A DNA stretch of 64,000 nucleotides from an uncultured Acidobacteriota bacterium (GTDB lineage Bacteria > Acidobacteriota > UBA6911). Of the stretch, positions 45,164 to 54,767 are shown in pieces. Positions within the stretch are counted from its first letter, which is position 1. Every line of letters starts with the position of its first letter. The position numbers were made by a program, and so were the translations under genes. The stretch covers positions 1-64,000 of the forward strand of contig CAWJKZ010000013.1 of assembly GCA_963843575.1 (NCBI GenBank), read 5' to 3'. The notes under the pieces are model-generated. The model was given only the letters and a program-made list of their open reading frames with translations. It was not told the origin of the DNA and ran no database searches.

Positions 45164-46543
45164 ATGAACCATGTTCTGATTGTCGACGACGACGCGAGTA
45201 CCCTGGCCTCGCTGGCACGGGCGTTCCGCCTCGCCGGGTACGAGGCGACGGTGTGCGACAGCGCCGTACGCGCGGTCGAACTGATCGGAGCCGGCCATTT
45301 CGACATCATGCTGTCGGATGTGGTCATGCCGGGGAAGGACGGCATCGCCCTGCTGGAAGACCTCAGGAAGCTGGGGGTGGCGATGCCCGTCATCATGATC
45401 TCCGGGCAGGCGACGCTCGAGATGGCCGTCCGGGCGACGCGTCTGGGGGCGGCGGACTTCCTCGAGAAGCCCCTGTCCACCGACAAGCTCCTGCTCACCG
45501 TCGAGACGGCATTGCGGTTGCGGCAGCTGGAGGAGGAAAACCGGCAGCTGAGACAGCGCGTGGGCCGTCACGAAATCGTGGGCACGAGCGTGGCGATGAT
45601 GCGCGTCATGGCGCAGGTCGAACGCGTGGCGGCGAGCGAGTCCCGTGTCGCCATTCTCGGCGAGACAGGCACCGGGAAGGAGCTGGTCGCGCGCGCCCTC
45701 CACGATCGCAGCCCACGCCGCACCAAACCGTTCGTCAGCCTCAACTGCGCCGCGGTGCCCGCGGACCTGATCGAATCCGAGCTGTTCGGCCATGAAAAGG
45801 GATCTTTCACCGGAGCCGTGGAGCGGCACCTGGGGAAGTTCGAGCAGGCCCACGGCGGCACCCTTTTCCTCGACGAGGTCGGCGACATGAGCCCCGTGAT
45901 GCAGGCGAAGCTGCTGCGGGTGCTGGAAGATGGCGAGGTCGAGCGCATCGGGGGCGGCACCCCCGTGGCGGTGAATGTTCGCGTGCTCGTCGCGACGCAC
46001 CGCGATCTCGAAGAGCTCGTCGGGGAGGGGAGATTCCGCGCGGATCTGTTTCACCGGATCTTCGTATTCCCCCTCCGGCTCCCGCCTCTGCGGTCGCACT
46101 TGGACGACATCCCGCTGCTCGTCGACCACTTCGCGCGCCAGGTGGCGACCCGGAACGGCTGGAAACCGCGACTCTTCACCGAAGACGCCATAGAGCGATT
46201 GAAGCGATACCGCTGGCCGGGAAATGTGCGCGAACTGCACAACGTGGTGGAACGCCTGATGCTGCTCTGCGAGTCCCAGGTGGATGCCGATGCGGTCGAG
46301 CTTGCGCTACCCCCGGAAACCGACGCCGCGTCACGGATCCCTGCCGGGGACACGCTCGCTCGCCGGATGGAGGCATTCGAGCGCGCCACGATCTTGTCGG
46401 AGCTGAGGCGGCATGGGTATGGGATGACCGACACGGCGCGGGCCCTCGGCCTGGAGCGCAGCCACCTGTACAAGAAATGCCAGCATCTGGGGATCGACCT
46501 CCGCGCACTCAGGGGCAGGGCAGCGGACAACCCGGCATCGTAG
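45164..46543 (+). CDS. Sigma54-dependent response regulator (NtrC family)
   Basis: REC (LSDVVMP), [25 protein letters not shown]. Confidence 0.94.
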   Translation: MNHVLIVDDDASTLASLARAFRLAGYEATVCDSAVRAVELIGAGHFDIMLSDVVMPGKDGIALLEDLRKLGVAMPVIMISGQATLEMAVRATRLGAADFLEKPLSTDKLLLTVETALRLRQLEEENRQLRQRVGRHEIVGTSVAMMRVMAQVERVAASESRVAILGETGTGKELVARALHDRSPRRTKPFVSLNCAAVPADLIESELFGHEKGSFTGAVERHLGKFEQAHGGTLFLDEVGDMSPVMQAKLLRVLEDGEVERIGGGTPVAVNVRVLVATHRDLEELVGEGRFRADLFHRIFVFPLRLPPLRSHLDDIPLLVDHFARQVATRNGWKPRLFTEDAIERLKRYRWPGNVRELHNVVERLMLLCESQVDADAVELALPPETDAASRIPAGDTLARRMEAFERATILSELRRHGYGMTDTARALGLERSHLYKKCQHLGIDLRALRGRAADNPAS

Positions 46544-46624
46544 CGTTCTGGAGTGCGGCGGCTCGACGCCGCCGATGCACCGCACTCCAGATCTGTGTGG
46601 TACGATGCGCAGAACCGAAACTAT

Positions 46625-47836
46625 ATGATTGAAGCGCTGCGGACAAATCCCGCCCTCTTGAAGCTCGACCTTTACTGCAAGGGTCTGAAAATCGATCCTT
46701 CGTGTCTGATCGAGCAGGACGGCGGCCGCAAGGTCCTCCGCACGCGTGCAGGGCTGGGAAGCGGGCTGGAGCTCATTCTTCCCGGCGGGCTGTGGACCAA
46801 CGCGCCCGTGACCGAGCATTTCGTCGCGCGCTCCCCCTACACCATCCACCGGGTCGAGGGCCGCTACGTCGTGCGCTGGAACGACCAGGACGTAACGCCG
46901 GTGACGCTTTCGCCGCGCCCCGGGTGGTACGAAGGAACCACCACGACCGGCAAGTGCATGACCCGGATCGGCACGCTGCAGGGGACCTATCTGGCGGTCT
47001 ATCCCGCGAAAGTCTGCGAGTACTGGACGGCCAAGCCCAACCGGGTCAACTGCAAGTTCTGCTCCGTGGGCCTCAACCTGGGGGTTGACGACGCCGACGA
47101 CAAGTCGGTCGCGGAGGTCATGGAGGTCGTGCGGGCGGCCCGCGCGGAGTCGGGCATCACCTACATCGATTTCAACACGGGGCACTACGAGGGGGACACC
47201 TACCTGGACGTCCTCGAACCGTACATCCTCCGGATCAAGCGGGAGACTAACCTCCTCGTCGGCATCCAGACCCCGCCGCACCGCGATCTAAGGCGTTTCG
47301 ACCACATGCGCGACCTCGGGGTCAACCGAGTCTCGTTCTGCTTTGAAATCTTCGACCCGAAGATCTTCGCGGAGATCTGCCCCGGCAAAGACCGCGAGTA
47401 CGGGCACGAACACTACCTGGAAGCGGTGCGCTACTGCGCGACGCTGGGCAAGCGTGGCCCGCGCACCGAGCCGTGGGTGACGAACGGGGAGATCATCGTC
47501 GGGCTGGAACCCCCGGAATCGTCGATCCGGGCGATCGATTGGATCACCTCCGTCGGTGCCATCCCAACAGTATGCGTGTTCCGCCCCCTGGCAGGCACCG
47601 ACATGCAGGACGAGAACCCGCCCCGCACCGAAGACATGATCCCGGTGTTCCGCCGCCTGTACGAGGCATGCATGGACCGCGGACTCCCCATAGGTTGCGC
47701 GCCCAACATCCTCGTCAGCCTCGTGCTCCTTCCCGAAGAGTGCCGCTACTTCAGCCCGCGACGTTACCCGCTCGGCACCCTCAAGCTCAAGGCCATCTCC
47801 GCTCTCCTGAAATATCGGCTCGGCCGGCACAATTAG
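46625..47836 (+). CDS. Radical SAM protein with extended Cys motif
   Basis: CEYWTAKPNRVNCKFC (CX11CX2C); EIFDP...CPGK, IIVGLE, VFRPL.GT. Confidence 0.8.
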   Translation: MIEALRTNPALLKLDLYCKGLKIDPSCLIEQDGGRKVLRTRAGLGSGLELILPGGLWTNAPVTEHFVARSPYTIHRVEGRYVVRWNDQDVTPVTLSPRPGWYEGTTTTGKCMTRIGTLQGTYLAVYPAKVCEYWTAKPNRVNCKFCSVGLNLGVDDADDKSVAEVMEVVRAARAESGITYIDFNTGHYEGDTYLDVLEPYILRIKRETNLLVGIQTPPHRDLRRFDHMRDLGVNRVSFCFEIFDPKIFAEICPGKDREYGHEHYLEAVRYCATLGKRGPRTEPWVTNGEIIVGLEPPESSIRAIDWITSVGAIPTVCVFRPLAGTDMQDENPPRTEDMIPVFRRLYEACMDRGLPIGCAPNILVSLVLLPEECRYFSPRRYPLGTLKLKAISALLKYRLGRHN

Positions 47837-47923
47837 GCGCACGTTCTTTTTCTGCCTCGGCCGTGCGCGTCTGTGTTAAAGGTAGTTCACCTCGCAGGCC
47901 TCATGAAAGACGCAACGGAGGGC

Positions 47924-50900
47924 ATGATGCGGAACCGGAAAACCCAACAGACAGCATTCGCGGGGGTGGTCGTTCTTCTTGCGCTCGCCGGCTTGGCGGC
48001 GCAGGCGCAGGTCCGCGTCTGGGAAGAACCGCTCACGCTCCCGACGTACAAGGTCGGCGCGGCCGACAAGAATCCGATCTTCTATACCGGCCGGGTTTAC
48101 CAAGGCGCAAAGGGTCCCATCTATCCCTACCCGTTGCTCGACAAGCTCACCGAGACCCGCGAAGACCAGACTTACCGGGCGTTGTATCTCGAAAACAGCT
48201 ATCTCAAGATGAGTGTGCTCCCCGAGATCGGCGGCCGCATTTTCACGGCCCAGGACAAGAGCAACGGCTACGACTTCTTCTATCGACAGCACGTGATCAA
48301 GCCCGCCCTCATCGGGATGCTCGGAGCCTGGATCTCCGGCGGCGTCGAGTGGAACATCCCGCACCACCACCGCGCGACCAGCTTCATGCCGGTAGACTAC
48401 GCGCTCGTGGAGAACGCCGACGGCAGCAGGACCGTCTGGGTCGGCGAGACCGAGTTGCGTCACCGGATGAGGTGGGCCGTCGGGCTGACGCTCTACCCGG
48501 GGAAGTCTTACATCGAAACGACGGTCAGGCTTTTCAACCGCACCCCCCTTGCCCACTCGGTCCTCTACTGGGCCAACCCGGCAGTCCACGCCAATCCCGA
48601 CTACCAGATCCTCTTCCCCCCGTCGACCGAGTTCGCGACCTACCATGCGAAGAACCAGTTCATCCGCTGGCCCGTGTCGGATTCGGTCTTCAATAATGTC
48701 GATTATACGGGCGGCGTGGACTTGAGCTGGTGGAAGAACCACCCGTCGCCGATGTCCTTTTTCGCCTGGAATTACGAAGACGACTTCCACGTCGGCTACG
48801 ATCACGGCAAAAAGGCGGGGGTCGTCAGCGTCGCCGACCACCACGTCATGCCGGGCAAGAAGCTGTGGGAATGGGGTAACGGCCCCGAAGGCCGCATGTG
48901 GGACCAGATCCTGACCGAAACCGACGGGCCGTATATCGAGCTGATGGTCGGCGCGTTCTCCGACAATCAGCCCGATTACAGCTGGTGCCTCCCCTACGAA
49001 CTCAAGACCGTGAAGCACTACTGGTACCCGATCCGCGACATGGGCGGCGTCAAGAACGCGAACCGGGAAGCGGCCGTCAATCTCGAGACCGGCGCGGATC
49101 GCACCGTCCGGTTCGGGTTCAACACGACTTCCGAACTCAGCGACGCCCGCGTCCTGCTCAAGTCGGGCGACAGGATTCTGTTCGAGCAGCGCATCGGGAT
49201 CGCGCCGGACAAACCATTCGTGCGTTCCGTGCCGCTGCCCGAAGGAGTCGGGCCGGAGAGCCTGCGGGCTTCGCTCGAGAACTCTTCCGGAGTCGAGCTC
49301 ATCGGCTACGCCGCCGTTCAGAAGACGCGCTCGCCGATGCCGGAACCGGTTAAGCCCCCGCCGGCGCCGAAGGACATCAAGACCAACGAGGAGCTCTACC
49401 TCGCCGGGTTGCGGCTCGAGCAGTTCTACAGCCCTTATCAGGAGCCCTATCCTTACTACGAGGAGGCGCTCCGGCGCGATCCCGGCGACTACCGCGCCAA
49501 CACAGCCCTCGGAATCCTCGACTGCAAGCGCGGCATGTTCAGGGAGGCGGAGGAAAAACTGCGCACCGCGATCCGCCGAGCCTCTCACGACTACACCACC
49601 CTGAGAGACGGCGAAGCCTACTACTACCTCGGCGTCGCGCTGCGTTCGCAGGGCCGGTACAAGGAAGCGCTCGACGCGTTTTTCAGGTCGACATGGAGTC
49701 AGAGCTGGAAGGCGGCCGGGTACCAAGCGGCGGCTGAACTAACCTGCCGCACCGGGGACCTGACCCGCGCCCTGGAACTCGCGGACCGCGCCGCCACAAC
49801 GAACGGCGACAACACCCGTGCGCTCGTGCTCAAGGCCGCAATCTTGCGGCGCCTGGGCCACGCCGAACAGGGCCGCGAGATCGCGGCAAGAGTTCTCGCC
49901 CTCGACCCGCTCGATTTCTTCGCGGGGAACGAACTCTACCTCGCCGCCAGGTCCAAGCCGGAACTCGAAGTGCTGACGCAGCGGATGCGCGACGACAGCC
50001 AGTCGTACCTCGAACTCGCCCTGGATTACGGGAACGTCGGGTTCCTGGACGAAGCGATCGAGATCCTCAAACGCCGAGTCGACCTGAAAACGGGCGCCAG
50101 GCTCGACCCGATGCTCGTGTATCACCTCGCGGCCTTGCATGCCCAGCAGGGGAATACGGACAAGGCTGCCGATTACTTCAGTCAGGCCGCGCGGATGAAT
50201 CCCGATTACTGCTTCCCCTCCCGGTTCGAGTCCATCGACGTCCTGCGCCGCGCGACGGCGGCCAACCCCGCGGACGCGCGCGCCCCGTATTATTTGGGCA
50301 ATCTGCTCTACGACCTCCAGCCCGACAACGCCATCGCGGAATGGGAAAAGGCGCGGAAACTCGACCCCTCGTTCGCGGTCGTGCACCGCAACCTCAGTTT
50401 CGGTTACGCCGAGCACGAGGGGGACGCAGCGAAGGCCATCGCCAGCCTGGAGGAGGCGATCAAGCGCGACCCTTCAGATCCCCGCTATTTCATGGAGCTC
50501 GATCAGCTTTGTGAGGCCGCGGATGTCGTCGCAGCGAAGAGGCTCCAGGTGCTCGAGCGCAATCACGCCGTGGTCGCGCAACGCGACGACGCGCTCGCTC
50601 GGGAGCTGGCGCTTCAGATCCAGGTCGGCAGCTACGACCAGGCCCTGGAGATCCTGGGTAAGCACCACTTCCACATCTGGGAAGGGGCGCGCGGCGTGCA
50701 CGATCTCTATGTCGATGCGCTGCTTGGCCGGGGCGAAAAGAACGCCCGTGCCGGCCGCCACGCGGAGGCGCTCAAGGACTATCAGGCCGCGCTCGAGTTC
50801 CCGTTCAACCTCGAGGTGGCTCCGCGGCCGGGGCAGGAGTTCCCGCGGATCCGCTACCTGATCGGGCTGGAACTGGTGGCGCTCGGCCGGGCGGCCGAGG

Positions 50901-51250
50901 CCCGTGCGTCGTTCGAGAAGGCGGCAGGGGTCACGGCCGACTGGTCCGAGAACACCTATTATCAGGCGCTGGCCCTGCGCAAGATGGGGCAGGAGGACAT
51001 GGCCCGGACGTTGTTGGCCGACCTGCAGAAGAATGCCTCAGGCCGCGCGGGCGCGGTGCGTTCGCGGGCGGGTTCGAAGCGGCTGGCAGCGCGCCACGCG
51101 GAGCGCACCCGCGAAGCCCAGTCGCACTATGTGCAGGGGTTGGCCCTGCTCGGCCAGGGAAGTCCCGAGCAGGCTCGCGCCGAGTTTAGGAAGGCGGTCG
51201 ATCTCGACATGAACCACACGGCAGCCGCAGCTCAGCTCGCCACGCCGTAG
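47924..51250 (+). CDS. Secreted DUF5107-TPR protein (intact)
   Basis: Signal peptide; IYPYP, LPEIGGRI, IKPALIG..GAWISGGVEWN, PGKKLWEWG, SDNQPDY, TPR repeats, HIWEG. Confidence 0.9.
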   Translation: MMRNRKTQQTAFAGVVVLLALAGLAAQAQVRVWEEPLTLPTYKVGAADKNPIFYTGRVYQGAKGPIYPYPLLDKLTETREDQTYRALYLENSYLKMSVLPEIGGRIFTAQDKSNGYDFFYRQHVIKPALIGMLGAWISGGVEWNIPHHHRATSFMPVDYALVENADGSRTVWVGETELRHRMRWAVGLTLYPGKSYIETTVRLFNRTPLAHSVLYWANPAVHANPDYQILFPPSTEFATYHAKNQFIRWPVSDSVFNNVDYTGGVDLSWWKNHPSPMSFFAWNYEDDFHVGYDHGKKAGVVSVADHHVMPGKKLWEWGNGPEGRMWDQILTETDGPYIELMVGAFSDNQPDYSWCLPYELKTVKHYWYPIRDMGGVKNANREAAVNLETGADRTVRFGFNTTSELSDARVLLKSGDRILFEQRIGIAPDKPFVRSVPLPEGVGPESLRASLENSSGVELIGYAAVQKTRSPMPEPVKPPPAPKDIKTNEELYLAGLRLEQFYSPYQEPYPYYEEALRRDPGDYRANTALGILDCKRGMFREAEEKLRTAIRRASHDYTTLRDGEAYYYLGVALRSQGRYKEALDAFFRSTWSQSWKAAGYQAAAELTCRTGDLTRALELADRAATTNGDNTRALVLKAAILRRLGHAEQGREIAARVLALDPLDFFAGNELYLAARSKPELEVLTQRMRDDSQSYLELALDYGNVGFLDEAIEILKRRVDLKTGARLDPMLVYHLAALHAQQGNTDKAADYFSQAARMNPDYCFPSRFESIDVLRRATAANPADARAPYYLGNLLYDLQPDNAIAEWEKARKLDPSFAVVHRNLSFGYAEHEGDAAKAIASLEEAIKRDPSDPRYFMELDQLCEAADVVAAKRLQVLERNHAVVAQRDDALARELALQIQVGSYDQALEILGKHHFHIWEGARGVHDLYVDALLGRGEKNARAGRHAEALKDYQAALEFPFNLEVAPRPGQEFPRIRYLIGLELVALGRAAEARASFEKAAGVTADWSENTYYQALALRKMGQEDMARTLLADLQKNASGRAGAVRSRAGSKRLAARHAERTREAQSHYVQGLALLGQGSPEQARAEFRKAVDLDMNHTAAAAQLATP

Positions 51251-51337
51251 CGGCAGCGAAATCCCGGCATGAGGCTTCGGGGTGAGGTGCGGGACTCACC
51301 GAAAGGCTCCCGAGGGCCCGACAAACACCTTGTCCGC

Positions 51338-51979
51338 TCAGACGAGGTGTACGCCGCTGCGCTCGAGGTCGCGGCGGACCGTGTCGTCCGATGCCGGGTC
51401 GACCGGGCGGGTCAGTTCCCAAAACACGTGAACCCGGAACCCCGCAGCGGCGGCATCCTCGGCGCTCCACTTGACGCAGAAGTCGCGGGCCAGGCCGCAC
51501 AGGTAGACCCCGGTTATCCCGCGTTCCATCAGGTAGCCCGCGAGCCCCGTCCCGGGCCTCTGCCCGGCCGGGTCCCAGTTGTTGCGGAAGCCGGAGTACG
51601 AGTCGACCCTGGGGTCGCTCCCCTTGCGGATCACGGCGGCGACCCGTTCCCAGGGCATGCCCGGCGCAAGCTGCGCACCGGCCGTGTTCTGGATGCAGTG
51701 GTCGGGCCACAGGGTCTGGTCGTGCCCGTAGAGCCGGAGGGTCTCGAAGGGCTTCCGGCCCGGGTGCGCTGTGGCGAACGAAATGTGCCCGCGCGGATGC
51801 CAGTCCTGCGTGGCGACCACGACACCGAAACGGTCCGCCGTCATCAGCGTCCGGACGCCGTCGAGGATCTCGTCCCCGCCCCCGACGGCCAGCGCGCCTC
51901 CGGGGAGAAAGTCCGGTTGGATATCCACCACCAGCAGTGCCGACCTCGACCTCTCGCTCATCGACGTTTCCGGACTCAT
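51338..51979 (-). CDS. pncA: Nicotinamidase/pyrazinamidase
   Basis: VVDIQPDF, QDWHP..H, WPDHC, IRKG, DSYSGF, GLARDFCV. Confidence 0.93.
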   Translation of the reverse strand: MSPETSMSERSRSALLVVDIQPDFLPGGALAVGGGDEILDGVRTLMTADRFGVVVATQDWHPRGHISFATAHPGRKPFETLRLYGHDQTLWPDHCIQNTAGAQLAPGMPWERVAAVIRKGSDPRVDSYSGFRNNWDPAGQRPGTGLAGYLMERGITGVYLCGLARDFCVKWSAEDAAAAGFRVHVFWELTRPVDPASDDTVRRDLERSGVHLV

Positions 51980-53148
51980 CGGCTCTCCCGGGTTGCCGGC
52001 GGGGCGCCGTGCCGGCCGTGGTCCAGGGCCTCCACCGCGTTCACAATGCTGCGGGCCGCCTGCTCGATCTCCGACTCCGTCGTCATGCGTCCCGTCGACA
52101 GCCTCAGCGTGCCCATCGCCTGCGAGACGGGAACCTGCATCGCCTCCAGGACGTGAGACATCACCACGCGGTCGGAATGACAGGCGGCGCCGGCCGAACA
52201 TGCCACGTCGTCCAGGCGCGCGAGCAGTCTGTTGGCTTCGATGCCGGGGAAGGAAATCGACAGGGTGTTGGGCAGCCGGAGCTGCGGGTGGCCGTTCAAC
52301 TTGGCCCACGGGACTCGTGCGAGGATCAATTCCTGCAGCAGGTCCCTCATGGCTGCGAGTTGCGCCGCGTGCACGTGAAGTCCGCGCTCAACCACAGCGC
52401 AGGCCTGGCCGAGGCCGACGATCTCGAGCACGTTCTCCGTGCCAGCGCGCCGGTTGCCCTCGTGGGAAGCGCCGTGCATCTGGCGTTGCAGCTCGACACC
52501 GCGCCGGACGCAGAGCGCGCCCACGCCCTTGGGGGCGTAAAGCTTGTGTCCGGCGATGCTGAGCATGTCGAGGTCGGCGGCGGAAAAGCCGACGACGACC
52601 TTGCCCACGGCCTGTGCGGCGTCCGTGTGAAACACGATGCCCCGCTCCAGGGCGATCGCGGCGATTTCACCGATGGGCTCCAGGGTCCCGACCTCGTTGT
52701 TCGCCTGCATGACGGTGATCAGGATCGTCGAGGGCCGCAGCGCGTCGCTCACGGCCTGGGGGTTCAGCACCCCGAAACGGTCCACCGGCACGCAGGTCAC
52801 CTCAAATCCGACCGTCTCGAGGTGCCGGCACACTTCGAGCACTGCGGGGTGTTCGATCGCGGAGGTCACGATGTGGTTGCCCCGGCGGCGGTGCGCCAGC
52901 GCATATCCTTTTATGGCCAGGTTGTTGGCCTCGGTGCCGCCGGAGGTGAAAATGACCTCGTCCGGCTGGCACCCCACCATCTCCGCAACCTGGGCGCGCG
53001 CCTTCGCAACCGCTTCCCGCGCCCGGAGCCCATACCAGTGGGCGCTGGACGGATTCCCGAAGGTCCCCTCCAGGAAGGGCATCATCGCGGCAGCGACTTC
53101 GGGGGCCAGCGGCGTGGTCGCGTTGTAGTCCAGGTAAACGGGCTTCAT
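51976..53148 (-). CDS. Cysteine desulfurase (NifS/IscS group I)
   Basis: YLDYNATTP, GNPSS, FTSGGTEANN, HTDAAQ, GHKLYAPKG, SAGAACH. Confidence 0.93.
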   Translation of the reverse strand: MKPVYLDYNATTPLAPEVAAAMMPFLEGTFGNPSSAHWYGLRAREAVAKARAQVAEMVGCQPDEVIFTSGGTEANNLAIKGYALAHRRRGNHIVTSAIEHPAVLEVCRHLETVGFEVTCVPVDRFGVLNPQAVSDALRPSTILITVMQANNEVGTLEPIGEIAAIALERGIVFHTDAAQAVGKVVVGFSAADLDMLSIAGHKLYAPKGVGALCVRRGVELQRQMHGASHEGNRRAGTENVLEIVGLGQACAVVERGLHVHAAQLAAMRDLLQELILARVPWAKLNGHPQLRLPNTLSISFPGIEANRLLARLDDVACSAGAACHSDRVVMSHVLEAMQVPVSQAMGTLRLSTGRMTTESEIEQAARSIVNAVEALDHGRHGAPPATRESR

Positions 53149-53238
53149 GGGGACAATTGTATAATGCGGGGAAGCAACCGGAAACCTCCAGAAAGACAGC
53201 CGGCATTATCGAGCCGTAGAGCACCCACCTCGAAGATC

Positions 53239-54462
53239 TCACGGCTCGGATCGGTTCGCCCGGGCCGGTATACTGGCGGCGGCGATCGCGGCGAGGAGTG
53301 CTGCGGCGATCAGCAGCGCGAACCCAAGGTCGTAGCTGCGAGTCACGTCGAAGATCCGGCCGACCAGCACGGGTGCGAACGCCTGCCCGATGGCATCCGT
53401 GGTCAGGATGATGCCCATAAGCCGTCCCAGCGACGCCACCCCAAAACACTGTGCCGTCGTCAGCGGGATGAGCATGTAATCGGCCCCCATCCCGAACCCG
53501 AACACGAACGCGAAAAGGTATACGACGTTCGGCACCCGGACATAGTACAGGAGCGGGATCGAGCAGCCCACCATGAGAAACGCCGCCAGCATCACGTACT
53601 TCTTCGGAAACCGGTCCGCGAGGTAACCCATGACCAGGCGTCCGACGATGCTCGAGACGAGCAGAAAGCTCGCGACGCGAGCGGCGCTTTCCGGGACGAA
53701 ACCCTGGTCGCGGAGAAACAGCTGCAGGTGTTGTATCACGCCGCCCACTGCCCCGATGCTCAGGGCGCTGCCGAGCAGGATCATCCAGAAAGCGCGGGTC
53801 CTGAACGCATCGCGCAGTTTGACCGGAGACGCCTGCGGGTCAGGGCGAACGGAGGCGGGCGGTGCCGGTGCGCCGTCGGGTTGAAGCCCGAGGTCCGACG
53901 GACGGTTCTTCACCAGCACCAGGGTCACCGGTATGAGCACGGCCAGGATCCCGGCGCTCAACGCCAGCATCGCGGTCCGCCACCCGTAGTGGCGGATCAG
54001 GTACTGGGCGAGAACGGGAGCGACCGCGCCACCGACGCCGGCCCCGACGTAGGCGAGCCCCATCGCCCGTCCCCGCATCCGTCTGAACCACTGCGAGATC
54101 AGCACCTGGTTCGGGATCGGCCCCGCGACGACGTACCCGATCGTCTGCATGAAATAGAAAATGTAATACGACGACAGAGACTGCATGAAGGAGAAACCGA
54201 GGAAGGCGGCCCCGGCAGAGATCAAACCCGCCAGCAGAATGCGTTTCGTCCCGTACCGGTCGATCAGGAAGCCGGCCGACACGCCGAACACAGGCCCGAC
54301 CAGCAGAAGGGAGTAAAAGAACCCGGCCGTGACCTGCGCGCGGCTCCAGCCGAAGGACTCGATGAGCGGAGGGTAGAAGACAGGGAAGCTGTAGTAGACG
54401 ATGCCGACGATCACGAACAGGATCGTGAAGCTCGCCGCAGCGATGCGCCAGCCGTAGTACAC
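53239..54462 (-). CDS. MFS transporter (OFA/MCT-like)
   Basis: ~12 TM helices; GFLIDRYG, WFRRMRGRAMG, GYLADRF. Confidence 0.9.
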   Translation of the reverse strand: MYYGWRIAAASFTILFVIVGIVYYSFPVFYPPLIESFGWSRAQVTAGFFYSLLLVGPVFGVSAGFLIDRYGTKRILLAGLISAGAAFLGFSFMQSLSSYYIFYFMQTIGYVVAGPIPNQVLISQWFRRMRGRAMGLAYVGAGVGGAVAPVLAQYLIRHYGWRTAMLALSAGILAVLIPVTLVLVKNRPSDLGLQPDGAPAPPASVRPDPQASPVKLRDAFRTRAFWMILLGSALSIGAVGGVIQHLQLFLRDQGFVPESAARVASFLLVSSIVGRLVMGYLADRFPKKYVMLAAFLMVGCSIPLLYYVRVPNVVYLFAFVFGFGMGADYMLIPLTTAQCFGVASLGRLMGIILTTDAIGQAFAPVLVGRIFDVTRSYDLGFALLIAAALLAAIAAASIPARANRSEP

Positions 54463-54767
54463 GATTCTCCTTCTCGCGGGTCAGGGGCAATCCTAACGCA
54501 CTCCGGCTGGTGTCGCCTTGAGATTCTTCGACCGCAGCGACCGGGCGGATCATGGATGTGCGGCGGGTACCCGCTTCAGATGCCAGCCAAGGAGGGACGC
54601 GGAAGTCACGGAAGCCGGCGGGTGGCACACAGAACCGGCTTTGCGCGCGCATGCCGGGGTGCGTGTGGGGTGCGGGGCCCGACGCCGCACTCAAAATGTC
54701 GGCCTGACGGACGATGCGCTTTTGGGGTAACATGCGTTGCCAACAGGCCTCTAACCAGGAGAAAGCC

